From a bacterium (GTDB lineage Bacteria > Patescibacteriota > Minisyncoccia > Phycocordibacterales > UBA1006): a stretch of 57,487 nucleotides of DNA. This document shows, one piece after another, positions 48,009-57,487 of this stretch (its first letter is position 1; every line of letters starts with the position of its first letter). The stretch is taken from NCBI GenBank assembly GCA_043771175.1, contig JAYVHO010000012.1, positions 1 through 57,487 of the forward strand, given 5' to 3'. Under the pieces are notes generated by a model that was not told where the DNA came from, searched no databases, and saw only the letters and a list, made by a program, of their open reading frames with translations. A program made the position numbers and the translations under genes.

Positions 48009-48578
48009 TTATTTCTTTATATTTTTCAGTTCCTCTTGAATTTCCGCTAAAAGTTTTTCTATTTTTGAGAAACGTTCATCACTTCCATGAGTTTCTACTT
48101 CATCGTCACTAAATTCTTCTTCAATATCCTCTTGAATTTCCTCAATATCAGCAGTAACTTCTTCTATATCTTCCTGCATTTCATCAACATCTTTTTGAAT
48201 TTCTTCAATATCGTCACTGACTTCTTCAATATCTTCTTGGATACCTTCAATGTCGTCGTGGATTTCTTCTACATCTTCTTGAATTTCTTCGATATCTTCA
48301 TGAATTTCTTCAATATCATCACTTACATCTTCTAGTTTTGATTGCGCACGATTTACTGACATTTGAATAAAAATAGAAAGATAAATTGCTTCTAAGGAAA
48401 CGATAGTCGTTAAAAATAGTAAAATTTTATCCACCTCAAATCCAAACATGATAAGCACAAAAAAAGCAATAAACATTATAGTGTGCAGAATAAGTGAGGG
48501 GATTGAACCAATAAATTTTGTGGCAGAGATTGAAAAATTCTCAAGTGCTTGAGTAGTTTTGTGTGGAGTTGGTTCCAT
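48009..48578 (-). CDS. DUF1003-like membrane protein with an acidic heptad-repeat coiled coil
   Basis: LTTIVSLEAIYLSIFIQMSVNR followed by about 10 (D-I/V-E-E-I/V-x-x) heptads. Confidence 0.8.
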   Translation of the reverse strand: MEPTPHKTTQALENFSISATKFIGSIPSLILHTIMFIAFFVLIMFGFEVDKILLFLTTIVSLEAIYLSIFIQMSVNRAQSKLEDVSDDIEEIHEDIEEIQEDVEEIHDDIEGIQEDIEEVSDDIEEIQKDVDEMQEDIEEVTADIEEIQEDIEEEFSDDEVETHGSDERFSKIEKLLAEIQEELKNIKK

Positions 48579-48582
48579 ATAA

Positions 48583-50913
48583 TTATTTTACTTTTTCATA
48601 CGCTATTAATTCCGCAGGTTCTGCTGTTAATGGGTTTACTGAATCTGGTAAGTAAATTCTCTTCAAACCTTTTTGAAAAAATACTCCTTGTTTACCTTGT
48701 AATAATCTCATTTCTTTTTTAGTTTTTGGGTGGACAAATTCACGAACAAGCGTTGCGCCTTTTGGAAGTGCCTTGGGAGTGTTTAAAAGTTCTAGAGCTC
48801 GTTCAAAGGTAATTGTTTCTAGAGAATCTATTTTTTTAATTGGTCGGAATGTTTTGCCCATACCAACATATGGACCATATCGTCCATCATTGGCAAAAAC
48901 ATCTTCTCCACTGGCTTCATCTTTTCCAAGAATTTTTGGATATACCAGTGCGGCAAGAGCTTTTTCAAGCGTGACTTGATCCGGTGGTGTCCTTCCTAGT
49001 GATGCTTTTTTAACTTCTGTTTCTTTTTCACCAATCGTTACATAGGTTCCATAACGTCCTTCATATAAATAAATGGGAAGTTTGGTTGCTGGGTCTTCTC
49101 CCAGTATGGTTCCTTGTCCAATAGGTAAGCCACTGACCGTCAGCGCACCCATACATTCTGGGTACCGTGAACAAGAAATAAACTTTCCTGTTTTTCCAAT
49201 TTTAATAATCATAGATGATCCACATAAAGGACAGATATATGACGCGTCTGCTTCTCCCAGATTTGAAATTCTTTCAATTGATTCTTTTGAAAGAATTGCA
49301 GCATGAAGTGGTTTATACATTTCATCAATGGTTTCAATATATTGTGCAGAACCGTCAGTAATGTCGTCCAATTTTTCTTCCATGTGGGCGGTAAATGTGT
49401 CGCTGGTATATTCTAAAAAGTGTTCACGTAAAAATTTACTCACAATCATTCCCGTGTCAGTTGGTTTTAAGGAGCGACCCAACTTTTCTACATACGCACG
49501 TTCCACTAATGTTGAAATAGTACTGGCATAGGTTGAAGGCCGGCCGATGCCACGTTTTTCAAGTTCTTTTACCAGTCCTGCTTCTGAATATCGTGCAGGT
49601 GGTTCCGTATGTTTTTCTAAACAACTAATAGATTCTTTTAAAATTGTTTGACCTTGTGAAAGTAGTGGAAGTGGTTTATCAGTTGATTCACCATAGGTAT
49701 CACATTTCATATATCCAGCATTTACAATCACACTTCCCGTCGTTGAAAAATTATAGGTTTCTTTTTCAAAATCTATTGAAATGGTCGCGGTAGTTCGTTT
49801 GGTAATTGCAGGAATCATTTGTGAAGAAATAGTTCGCTTCCAAATTAAATCGTATAAACGTTTTTCTTCTTCCGTAGTTCCGCGCCCAGGATTTGAAACA
49901 TCCGTTGGACGAATCGCCTCATGGGCTTCTTGGGCATTTTTTGATTTAGATTTAAATTGTCGTGATTCGTGAAAATCTGCACCATATAATTTAACTACAA
50001 CATCTTTGATAGATGCCAAAGAATCAATTGAAAGATTTGGCGAGTCCGTACGCATATAAGTAATAAATCCTTGTTCATATAACTTTTGAGCCACCATCAT
50101 GGTTTTTGAAGGAGAAAATCCCAAATAGTTTGAAGCAGCTTGTTGAAGTGAAGAGGTGGTAAATGGAATCTTTGGTTTTTTTTCAACATCGGTTACATTG
50201 ATTTTTGAAATGGTAAATTGTGAGTGTGAATCAAGGTGTGTGGTAAAAGATTCAGAAAATTCTTTTGAATCAAAATCTTTGGTTGCAGAAAACAGTAAAC
50301 TTGGTGATTTAGTGTGGATAGCAAGTTCATAAAATGTAGTACTATTAAATTTTTCAATTTCTTCTTCTCGTTCAACTAATATATGAAGAGCAGGAGATTG
50401 AACACGCCCAGCAGATAATCCATAGCGAAGTTTTTTCCACAGCAGGCCAGATAAATCATATCCCACTAAGCGGTCTAATACTCTGCGGGCTTCCTGTGCT
50501 TCTACTAATTGCATATCAATATCGCGAGGCTGTGCAATAGCTGCAATGATGGCTTTTTGAGTAATTTCATTAAACGTGATTCTACGCATGATAGGAAGTT
50601 TTTTAACTTTTTCTGTCAGTACTTCTTTAATATGCCAAGAAATTGCTTCACCTTCGCGGTCGGGGTCGGTTGCTAAATAAACCATGTCGGCTTCTTTGGT
50701 AAGGCGTGCAAGTTCAGAAATGACCGCAGATTTTCCGGCAGACATTTCATAGTGAGGTTTATAACCACCTTCAATATCAATAGCATTTTTGCTTGATTTT
50801 GGGAGATCGCGAATATGTCCTACGCTGGCACGTACTATATAATCTCCTTCAGATTTAAGGTATTTTTCAATGGTTTTAGCTTTTGATGGGGACTCAACGA
50901 TTACTAGTTTCAT
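48583..50913 (-). CDS. topA: DNA topoisomerase I
   Basis: IVESPSKAKTI, DPDREGE, ITYMRTD, EAHEAIRP, a zinc ribbon, and GRYG C-terminal repeats. Start moved to MKLVIVES. Confidence 0.98.
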   Translation of the reverse strand: MKLVIVESPSKAKTIEKYLKSEGDYIVRASVGHIRDLPKSSKNAIDIEGGYKPHYEMSAGKSAVISELARLTKEADMVYLATDPDREGEAISWHIKEVLTEKVKKLPIMRRITFNEITQKAIIAAIAQPRDIDMQLVEAQEARRVLDRLVGYDLSGLLWKKLRYGLSAGRVQSPALHILVEREEEIEKFNSTTFYELAIHTKSPSLLFSATKDFDSKEFSESFTTHLDSHSQFTISKINVTDVEKKPKIPFTTSSLQQAASNYLGFSPSKTMMVAQKLYEQGFITYMRTDSPNLSIDSLASIKDVVVKLYGADFHESRQFKSKSKNAQEAHEAIRPTDVSNPGRGTTEEEKRLYDLIWKRTISSQMIPAITKRTTATISIDFEKETYNFSTTGSVIVNAGYMKCDTYGESTDKPLPLLSQGQTILKESISCLEKHTEPPARYSEAGLVKELEKRGIGRPSTYASTISTLVERAYVEKLGRSLKPTDTGMIVSKFLREHFLEYTSDTFTAHMEEKLDDITDGSAQYIETIDEMYKPLHAAILSKESIERISNLGEADASYICPLCGSSMIIKIGKTGKFISCSRYPECMGALTVSGLPIGQGTILGEDPATKLPIYLYEGRYGTYVTIGEKETEVKKASLGRTPPDQVTLEKALAALVYPKILGKDEASGEDVFANDGRYGPYVGMGKTFRPIKKIDSLETITFERALELLNTPKALPKGATLVREFVHPKTKKEMRLLQGKQGVFFQKGLKRIYLPDSVNPLTAEPAELIAYEKVK

Positions 50914-51047
50914 ACGCTCTAACGTAACATACATACATATATACGTAAAGCAGTGGAAAACAAATTTTCTCATAACAACAATATTTGTTGCAAAAAAAAG
51001 AGTTTTCTGGTTTAATAAAGAAAAATTAAAAACTAAAAATAAAAATT

Positions 51048-51479
51048 ATGGAAACGCACAGCAAGTATGATATCTTGGGATTAATTCCAGGAAAACAAAA
51101 CCATGTTAAGCCAAAAAATATTATGGATGCAAACTACAAATTATTGGGGCCAATTAGCAATTATCCTGACTTTGTAAAAACATCACTGTATTACTTGGTC
51201 AGCTTCCTAAAAAGTGGAAGCGGAAACAAAAATGAAAATGGAGATTGGCGAGGGTTTACGCTATCAGAATATTTTTTATATGCTGAAACAGAACTAAAAC
51301 TTCGTGGTAAAGTGCTGCAAAAAAGTATGTCAGTTTTACTGGGTAAAATTTATCATACTGATGTAAATGGAAAAGAGAAAATTTATGATGCAACATTTGA
51401 GCCATTTTTTATTTTTAATGCTGAAGATGGAAAGTTTTACGCAACTACTAATATTCAAAAAATGTGTAAATTAAATTAG
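51048..51479 (+). CDS. Hypothetical protein
   Basis: 143-aa ORF followed by a terminator at ~51488-51517. Confidence 0.6.
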   Translation: METHSKYDILGLIPGKQNHVKPKNIMDANYKLLGPISNYPDFVKTSLYYLVSFLKSGSGNKNENGDWRGFTLSEYFLYAETELKLRGKVLQKSMSVLLGKIYHTDVNGKEKIYDATFEPFFIFNAEDGKFYATTNIQKMCKLN

Positions 51480-51575
51480 AACAATCAAAAAAGCCTCAAA
51501 AATATTTTGAGGCTTTTGTGATAACTTATTTTGCGTATCTTTGCTATTTTGTCAATATTTTGCTAGGATAGCACT

Positions 51576-52817
51576 ATGAAAAAGATTTACGACGTATGTG
51601 TGGTTGGTGGTGGGGCATCTGGAATGATGGCTGCTATTTCTGCTGCACGAAATGGCAAGAAGGTTTTGATCCTTGAAAAAAATCAAAAGCTCGGAGCTAA
51701 GCTTTCTATCTCTGGTGGTGGGCGTTGTAATATTACCAATGCAACATATGATATTCGTGTCATGCTTGCTCATTATGGCGAATCTCACAAATATTTATTT
51801 AGTACATTTAATCAATTTGGCGTACAAGATACGTTTGATTTTTTCCATGCTCTTCGCCTGCCATTGGTAGTTGAAGCCAGAAATCGCGCGTTTCCATTTA
51901 CTCAAAAATCAGTAACAGTAACAGCAGCGCTTGAAAAAGAATTATATCAACTTAATGTTGATGTAGTGGCGGGTCAAGCAGTAAAAAAAATTAACACAGG
52001 TGCTGGAATGATTTTGAGTGTTGATGCTGGAGCAGAAAATTATATGGCTGATCATTTTATTTTTGCAACAGGTGGTATGTCTCATCCTGAAACAGGATCT
52101 ACTGGAGACGGATACCGCTGGCTTAAAAATTTGGGACACACCGTCATTGACCCAACTCCGTCATTGGTGCCGCTTGCTTGTTCTGACACATGGATTCATG
52201 AACTTTCTGGAACGGCATTTGAAAATGTTCGTATAACTTTTTTTGTTGATGAAAAACGTTCATTTGCAAAAGTGGGGAAAATTTTGTGTACTCATTTTGG
52301 TTTGTCTGGTCCTCAAATTTTGAATATGTCAAAGAAAGTTGCAGACTTACTGCATGAAGGAAATGTTACCGCGACAATAAATTTGTACCCAGATTTGAAT
52401 GAAAAACAACTCGATGAAAAGTTTTTAAAACTTTTTGATAATCATAAAAATAAAATGTTTAAAACGGTTATTAAAGATATTCTTCCTGAGGGATTTTATG
52501 AGACATTCAAAAAGAATTTTATTACCGAAGAAGAAATGCAAACACCAGTACATAGTGTTTCTGTTGTGATGCGAAAAAAGTTTGTTAAATTGTTACAGGC
52601 ACTACCAGTGGTTATATCTGGACTGATGGGGTATGACCGCGCCATTGTTGCTGATGGAGGAATACCTCTGGAAGAAGTTGATATGCGTACCATGAAGTCT
52701 CTTAAGATTTCTAATCTTTCCGTGACAGGAGATTTGCTTCATATTATGCGTCCATCTGGTGGGTTTTCTTTACAACTTTGTTGGAGTACGGGGTATGTGG
52801 CAGGGAAGAATGTATAA
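51576..52817 (+). CDS. HI0933/BaiN/YhiN-family flavoprotein
   Basis: VVGGGASG, KLSISGGGRCNITN, TGSTGDGY, LCTHFGLSGP, and GGFSLQ.CWSTG. Confidence 0.93.
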   Translation: MKKIYDVCVVGGGASGMMAAISAARNGKKVLILEKNQKLGAKLSISGGGRCNITNATYDIRVMLAHYGESHKYLFSTFNQFGVQDTFDFFHALRLPLVVEARNRAFPFTQKSVTVTAALEKELYQLNVDVVAGQAVKKINTGAGMILSVDAGAENYMADHFIFATGGMSHPETGSTGDGYRWLKNLGHTVIDPTPSLVPLACSDTWIHELSGTAFENVRITFFVDEKRSFAKVGKILCTHFGLSGPQILNMSKKVADLLHEGNVTATINLYPDLNEKQLDEKFLKLFDNHKNKMFKTVIKDILPEGFYETFKKNFITEEEMQTPVHSVSVVMRKKFVKLLQALPVVISGLMGYDRAIVADGGIPLEEVDMRTMKSLKISNLSVTGDLLHIMRPSGGFSLQLCWSTGYVAGKNV

Positions 52818-52847
52818 AACTTTGCTATACTGTACAGACATAATATT

Positions 52848-54536
52848 ATGGTAAAAAAACTCTTTTCTGTGGTGAATAAGGAAATTTCGTCCTTTTATCA
52901 GTCTGCTCTTATCTTGGGTGCTTTTACCTTGTTGGCTCAGTTTATTGGTCTTTTTAGGGATCGTCTTTTGGTACAAGTAGTGGGGCTTGGAAATGATTTG
53001 GATGTCTATAACGCATCATTTAAAGTTCCCGACATTATGTTTGCGTTAGGAGCTTCACTGATTTCTGTAAATATTTTAATACCATATTTACGATCAAAAA
53101 AACAAAATTTAAAAGAAGGAGAGAGCGAATACGGTTTTTTGTACAGTGTTTTGTTAACATTCGGAGTTTTTATGGTGGGGGTTTCCGTTATTCTATTTGT
53201 AGCCATACCATTCTTGACGCCACTGTTGGTGCCTGGGTTTACTGATATTCAAGTTGATCATTATGTTCATATGGTAAGAATTATTCTACTGTCGCCAATC
53301 TTAATGGGACTTGCTTCAAAGTTTTCTGCAATTTTACAGTATGAGCATAAAATTTTACCCGTTGCCATGGCTCCTGTTTTGTATAATCTTGGAATTATTT
53401 TTGGAACACTCGTTCTTTATCCCATAATGGGTCCAATAGGGCTTTCAATGGGAGTTATATGTGGAGCTCTTTTTTCTTTCACGTTTCAAGGAATTATCTC
53501 CTATTCATCACTTAAGAAGATTTTTGCCAAACGAGTTTTTATAATACAAGATGTAAGGTCAATTTTTGCTTCATCAATCCCACGAACGCTGGCTCTGATG
53601 ATGTCTACTATTACCTTTACTGGTTTGACGGCTTTGGCTTCTGTTATTGCGCCAGGGTCAATTTCACGCCTTCAATTGGCATATATTTTACAAGGTGTAC
53701 CACTTTCATTGGTTGGAATCAGTTTTGCGGTAGCGGCTTTTCCACGACTTTCAGAATATTTCAGTGATCATAAAATGCCAGAGTTTGGAAAGCTTCTTTC
53801 AAATGTGGTGTCTTCTATTATTGTATGGATTTCACCAATGATGGTGCTCATGATTTTACTGCGTGCCCATATTGTAAGACTCATCTTTGGAGTTTCTAAT
53901 GTATCATGGACATCAACGCGAATCATTGCAGCAGCACTGGGGCTTTTTAGTATTTCACTGCTGGCGCAAGGAATTTTACAACTTGCACTGCGTACGTATT
54001 ATGCAATTGGAGAAACCAAGCGTCCATTTATTCAAGCAGTTATTTCTTCTATTATCACCCTTGCATCAGGTGCAGGAATGTTTTTTCTTGCAAAATCAAA
54101 CGCACCATTGTGGAGAGAATTTACACAATTTATAAAAATACCGGCAACCAGCGAATCCTACATTGTACTTTTGGCACTGGCGTTTTCTTTTGGATCACTT
54201 ATCAACATGATGATTGCATGGTTGCCGCTGGTGGGCCGTTTTATGCCAGAATTTGATGAAAAATTTTCACAAGTATGTATGCATGTGGCACTGGCTTTGA
54301 CGGGGGCAGTGGCATCTGCTAGTATTGTGCTTCATTTAATTGGATCAATTGTGACATTAGATACGGGATTTGCGGTACTGCTTCATGGTGGTGCTGCTGG
54401 TCTTACCGCAATTGCAATATATATGCTTATTATGGTGCTTCTTGAAAATGAAGAGGTGTTAAATATGATAAAATCTGTTCGTCAGAAGTTTGGATTTAAA
54501 GATACGGATTATATTGAAGAACAGGGGATTGAATAG
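52848..54536 (+). CDS. murJ: Lipid II flippase MurJ (MviN)
   Basis: GLFRDRLL, DVYNASFKVPD, APVLYNLGII, and FAVAAFPRLS; about 14 TM segments. Confidence 0.93.
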   Translation: MVKKLFSVVNKEISSFYQSALILGAFTLLAQFIGLFRDRLLVQVVGLGNDLDVYNASFKVPDIMFALGASLISVNILIPYLRSKKQNLKEGESEYGFLYSVLLTFGVFMVGVSVILFVAIPFLTPLLVPGFTDIQVDHYVHMVRIILLSPILMGLASKFSAILQYEHKILPVAMAPVLYNLGIIFGTLVLYPIMGPIGLSMGVICGALFSFTFQGIISYSSLKKIFAKRVFIIQDVRSIFASSIPRTLALMMSTITFTGLTALASVIAPGSISRLQLAYILQGVPLSLVGISFAVAAFPRLSEYFSDHKMPEFGKLLSNVVSSIIVWISPMMVLMILLRAHIVRLIFGVSNVSWTSTRIIAAALGLFSISLLAQGILQLALRTYYAIGETKRPFIQAVISSIITLASGAGMFFLAKSNAPLWREFTQFIKIPATSESYIVLLALAFSFGSLINMMIAWLPLVGRFMPEFDEKFSQVCMHVALALTGAVASASIVLHLIGSIVTLDTGFAVLLHGGAAGLTAIAIYMLIMVLLENEEVLNMIKSVRQKFGFKDTDYIEEQGIE

Positions 54537-54767
54537 ATAAATTTAAAAACCAACGTTTGCGTTGGTTTTTTAATAACATATATTTTATTTGAAGAATGAA
54601 ACAACTTTTTTAACAGAGAGTAGGCTTAAATCTGATGCTGTGTCAATCTTGCTGTAATCATCAATTGCTTGTTCGACACTGGGTGATAGTTCAATCATCT
54701 TTTTGGCAGCACAATAAAATTGTGGTGAGGCTTCGTATGAACTTTTAAAGAGTCTTGTTGCATCCTC

Positions 54768-54810
54768 TCAGAAAGAGCCCGAGGCGCTGCGCGCCTCGGG
54801 CTCTTTCTGA
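54768..54810. terminator. 43-nt palindrome downstream of thrS
   Basis: tcagaaagagcccgaggcgc-tgc-gcgcctcgggctctttctga, a perfect 20-bp stem. Confidence 0.75.
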
Positions 54811-54827
54811 TATAAGTATATATTTTT

Positions 54828-56570
54828 TTATGAAGCATCCAAACTTCGTTCTTTGATTTCAGTTAAAACTTTTTGAGTAAAGTCTTCAAGGCTCATTTCA
54901 AATTTTACGTCGTTGCGTCCTTCTATTGTTAAAATTCCTGATTCCATTTCTTTATCACCAATGACAATAGCGTATGGTTCTTTGCTTACTTTCCATCCTC
55001 GTATTCTTTTACCGAGAGATTCTTGCATCATTACTTTAGCGCGAATATTTACATCATCAAGTTTGTCTTGAATATCTTTTGCAAATGCTTCATGTTTTTC
55101 AAGAACAGGAATGACCGTAACTTGGTTTGGTGACATCCATACTGGAAACGATCCTCCAAAGTGCTCAATCATAACACCAATAAATCGTTCCAGTGAACCA
55201 GAAACAGCGCGGTGGATTACTACGGGGCGTTCTTTTTGACCTTCTTTATTAACAAATGAAAGATCAAATCGTTCAGGAAGATTAAAGTCAACTTGAACAG
55301 TTGCTAATTGATGTTCTCGGCCAATAGCATCTTTAAACATAAAATCAAGTTTTGGTCCATAAAATGCAGCTTCACCAGGTCCTTCAAAATATGGTAATTT
55401 TTGTTCTTTACAAAGTTCGGTAAGTGCTCCTTCTGCTTTGTCCCATACTTCATCTCCTCCTAAGTAATCATCTTTGTTTTCTCCACGAAGTGAAAGGCGA
55501 ACGCGATAATTATGTATCATTCCAACGGTGGTATAGAATTTTTTAATAATCTCAACCACGGTTCCAATTTCTTGTTTCAAAAGATCAACAGGAACAAACA
55601 AGTGTCCGTCATCTTGAGTAATAGAACGAACACGGGTAAGTCCAGAAAGTTGTCCTGTTTTTTCATCACGATAAATAGTTGCTGGTTCAAAATACCTCAC
55701 TGGCATATCACGGTAACTCCATGGAGTATCTGCAAAGATTTGCATGTGGTGTGGGCAGCTCATTGGTTTTAAATAGAAATCTTCTTTTGAAGTTCCACCA
55801 TGAACCTTAAACATATCATCCATATAATGTGAGCTATGCCCAGACGTTTTGTATAATGCTTCTTTTGCAATATGAGGAGTCCATACACGCTGGTAACCCT
55901 TTTTTTTATGAAGTTCCCAGAGGAAGTTTTCAAGTTCACGCCGAATAATAACACCATTTGGTTTAAAAAGAGGAAGTCCAGATCCAACCAATTCTGAAAT
56001 GGTAAACAAATCAAGTTCCTTCCCAAGTTTGCGATGGTCGCGTTTTAATCCTTCTTCAATTTGATATAGGTATTGTGTAAGTTCATCTTTAGTATCAAAC
56101 GCAATTCCATACACGCGGGTAAGCATCGTACTTGCTTGATCACCACGCCAATATGCACCAGAAAGTTTTTCAAGTTTCCATGAACCTTCTTCTATTTCAT
56201 TCATATTTTCAACATGGCCACCGCGGCACAAATCAGTAAATTCACCTGATGTATAGGTAGTAATTTCTTCACCTTTTGTGGAGATTTCTGATATAAGTTC
56301 AAGTTTATATGGATTGACCGCAAAAAGTTTTTTTGCTTCATCTTCAGAAATAGTATTTTTTATAAACGATGACCAGGTAGAAATAGTGGTTTTCATAATC
56401 TCTGTAAGGGCTGGAAGATCATCTAGAGAAAGGGTTTCTCCCTGCAAATCAACGTCATAGTAAAATCCGTGTTCAACTGCTGGCCCAATGGTTAATAGTG
56501 CAGAAGGTTTAAGTTTAACAATGGCGTCCCCAAGCAAATGGGCAAGTGAGTGGCGTTTTTCTGTGATCAT
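54828..56570 (-). CDS. thrS: Threonine--tRNA ligase
   Basis: RHSLAHL, DLCRGGH, RDHRKLG, LKPMSCPHH, EAAFYGPKLD, and IHRAVSGSLERF. Confidence 0.99.
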   Translation of the reverse strand: MITEKRHSLAHLLGDAIVKLKPSALLTIGPAVEHGFYYDVDLQGETLSLDDLPALTEIMKTTISTWSSFIKNTISEDEAKKLFAVNPYKLELISEISTKGEEITTYTSGEFTDLCRGGHVENMNEIEEGSWKLEKLSGAYWRGDQASTMLTRVYGIAFDTKDELTQYLYQIEEGLKRDHRKLGKELDLFTISELVGSGLPLFKPNGVIIRRELENFLWELHKKKGYQRVWTPHIAKEALYKTSGHSSHYMDDMFKVHGGTSKEDFYLKPMSCPHHMQIFADTPWSYRDMPVRYFEPATIYRDEKTGQLSGLTRVRSITQDDGHLFVPVDLLKQEIGTVVEIIKKFYTTVGMIHNYRVRLSLRGENKDDYLGGDEVWDKAEGALTELCKEQKLPYFEGPGEAAFYGPKLDFMFKDAIGREHQLATVQVDFNLPERFDLSFVNKEGQKERPVVIHRAVSGSLERFIGVMIEHFGGSFPVWMSPNQVTVIPVLEKHEAFAKDIQDKLDDVNIRAKVMMQESLGKRIRGWKVSKEPYAIVIGDKEMESGILTIEGRNDVKFEMSLEDFTQKVLTEIKERSLDAS

Positions 56571-56617
56571 AATATGTGTAGTATAACGTAGAATGGTAAA
56601 AAATTCTAGAACAAGAA

Positions 56618-56653
56618 GGGGTCCAGCTGGACTGCGCTAGGGCGCAGTGACAA
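56618..56653 (-). repeat. REP/MITE-like element (copy 3, truncated, inverted relative to copy 2)
   Basis: Reverse complement ttgtcactgcgccctagcgcagtccagctggacccc aligns with 19389-19425 (ttgtcattccgcaacaagcgcagtccagctggatccc). Confidence 0.7.
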
Positions 56654-56753
56654 GTACTGTTCCTTTACAAATCACCAAAAACGTGATATTTTCTACATAA
56701 CAAAAAATTAACATATTTTGGAACAATTAATCATAATTTAAACAGCTAGCCAA

Positions 56754-57284
56754 ATGAACAAAATTTCATTTTACGAAGATAAACATTATTATCTTTCAAA
56801 TTTCTCTTCTTTTGAAGTAAAAGTGCGTGGCTTTGTATTTAAAACTTCAGAGCATGCATACCAGGCACTTCGGTTTAATAGTAAGTCACCGGTGTTTACT
56901 AAAATATTTCAAGCACGTTCAGCATATGAAGCAAAAAGCATTGCACATACACATCTTCACTTGCAGTTAGAAATATATAATACACCAGACAAGAGATTGC
57001 CACTGATGTTTGAGATACTCATTGAAAAGGTACTGTATGACCAAACAGGATATGTTAAACGCAATCTTATGAATACGGGTGATTCATATATATATGAAAA
57101 TTCTCCCTATGATTTTTTTTGGGGAATAGGAGCAGATAAATCAGGAGAAAACTGGCTTGGAAAGCTATGGATGATAGTACGTTACCGACTTAACGCAAAT
57201 ATGGGAAACATTGGTGTTCGCAATATTGCTGTTAATAAAACAGCCTTTATTAATCAATACTCACGGTTGTGGAATATGGAATAA
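56754..57284 (+). CDS. NADAR (YbiA-like) family protein
   Basis: FYE...YLSNF, SEHAYQA, ENSPYDFFWGIG, and GENWLGKLWMIVR. Confidence 0.92.
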   Translation: MNKISFYEDKHYYLSNFSSFEVKVRGFVFKTSEHAYQALRFNSKSPVFTKIFQARSAYEAKSIAHTHLHLQLEIYNTPDKRLPLMFEILIEKVLYDQTGYVKRNLMNTGDSYIYENSPYDFFWGIGADKSGENWLGKLWMIVRYRLNANMGNIGVRNIAVNKTAFINQYSRLWNME

Positions 57285-57330
57285 TATTTTAAGGGGTCAG
57301 ATCCCAAAATAAGAGTTTAAAATAAATGTA

Positions 57331-57357
57331 AAAAGCCGCAAAAATGCGGCTTTTTTT
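57331..57357. terminator. Bidirectional terminator-like hairpin
   Basis: aaaagccgca-aaaa-tgcggctttt followed by a T run. Confidence 0.75.
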
Positions 57358-57487
57358 ATTCTCCAAAAGAATTTAATTTAAACGTGAAAAATGGAACATG
57401 TTTTACTCGTCGCTTTTTCAAAATATTGTGACGAATGTCAGAAATATTTCTTTGAAGAAACAGTAACGCTTCATCTGATTTACTTTC

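Noticed and set aside
48110-48340. Periodic repeats as a CRISPR array
   Set aside because: They are degenerate in-frame 21-bp coding repeats without unique spacers.

Overview
This is a low-GC chromosomal segment in genetic code 11. Its compact gene set and divergent core proteins point to a Patescibacteria/CPR (Parcubacteria-like) genome; that assignment is inference. The housekeeping backbone comprises cysS, corA, rplU, yjjX, recR, dnaB, trpS, trxB-like, ftsZ, ftsA, ybeY, rpsU, priA, mreB, holB-like, rpmE2, prfA, lepA, valS, tsaD, tag, topA, murJ, thrS and four tRNAs. Two accessory islands interrupt it. (1) A complete diversity-generating retroelement (DGR) lies at about 5.6-8.0 kb, with a target gene carrying a C-terminal VR, a 109-nt TR (15 of 16 TR/VR mismatches at TR adenines), an RT, and an avd gene on the opposite strand that the ORF track misses. 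The avd and RT 5' ends overlap head-to-head across one G7 tract (7052-7058). Both genes are out of frame at G7 and both are restored at G6 or G9, which makes the tract a candidate single-homopolymer ON/OFF switch for the whole mutagenesis machinery. This is the top finding. (2) A polymorphic-toxin locus lies at about 25.9-36.9 kb. It has a 2479-aa Sec-signal SpvB/FG-GAP/YD-RHS protein with an inserted peptidoglycan-binding-like module and a GIY-YIG-like tip, an Imm26-like immunity gene, a start-less orphan RHS-core/toxin cassette (357-bp repeat, about 95% identical) and a third truncated core fragment. Other window-wide patterns are -10 boxes 6-10 nt before the start codons of core genes (leaderless-type), a small REP/MITE-like repeat family, and several disrupted accessory genes.
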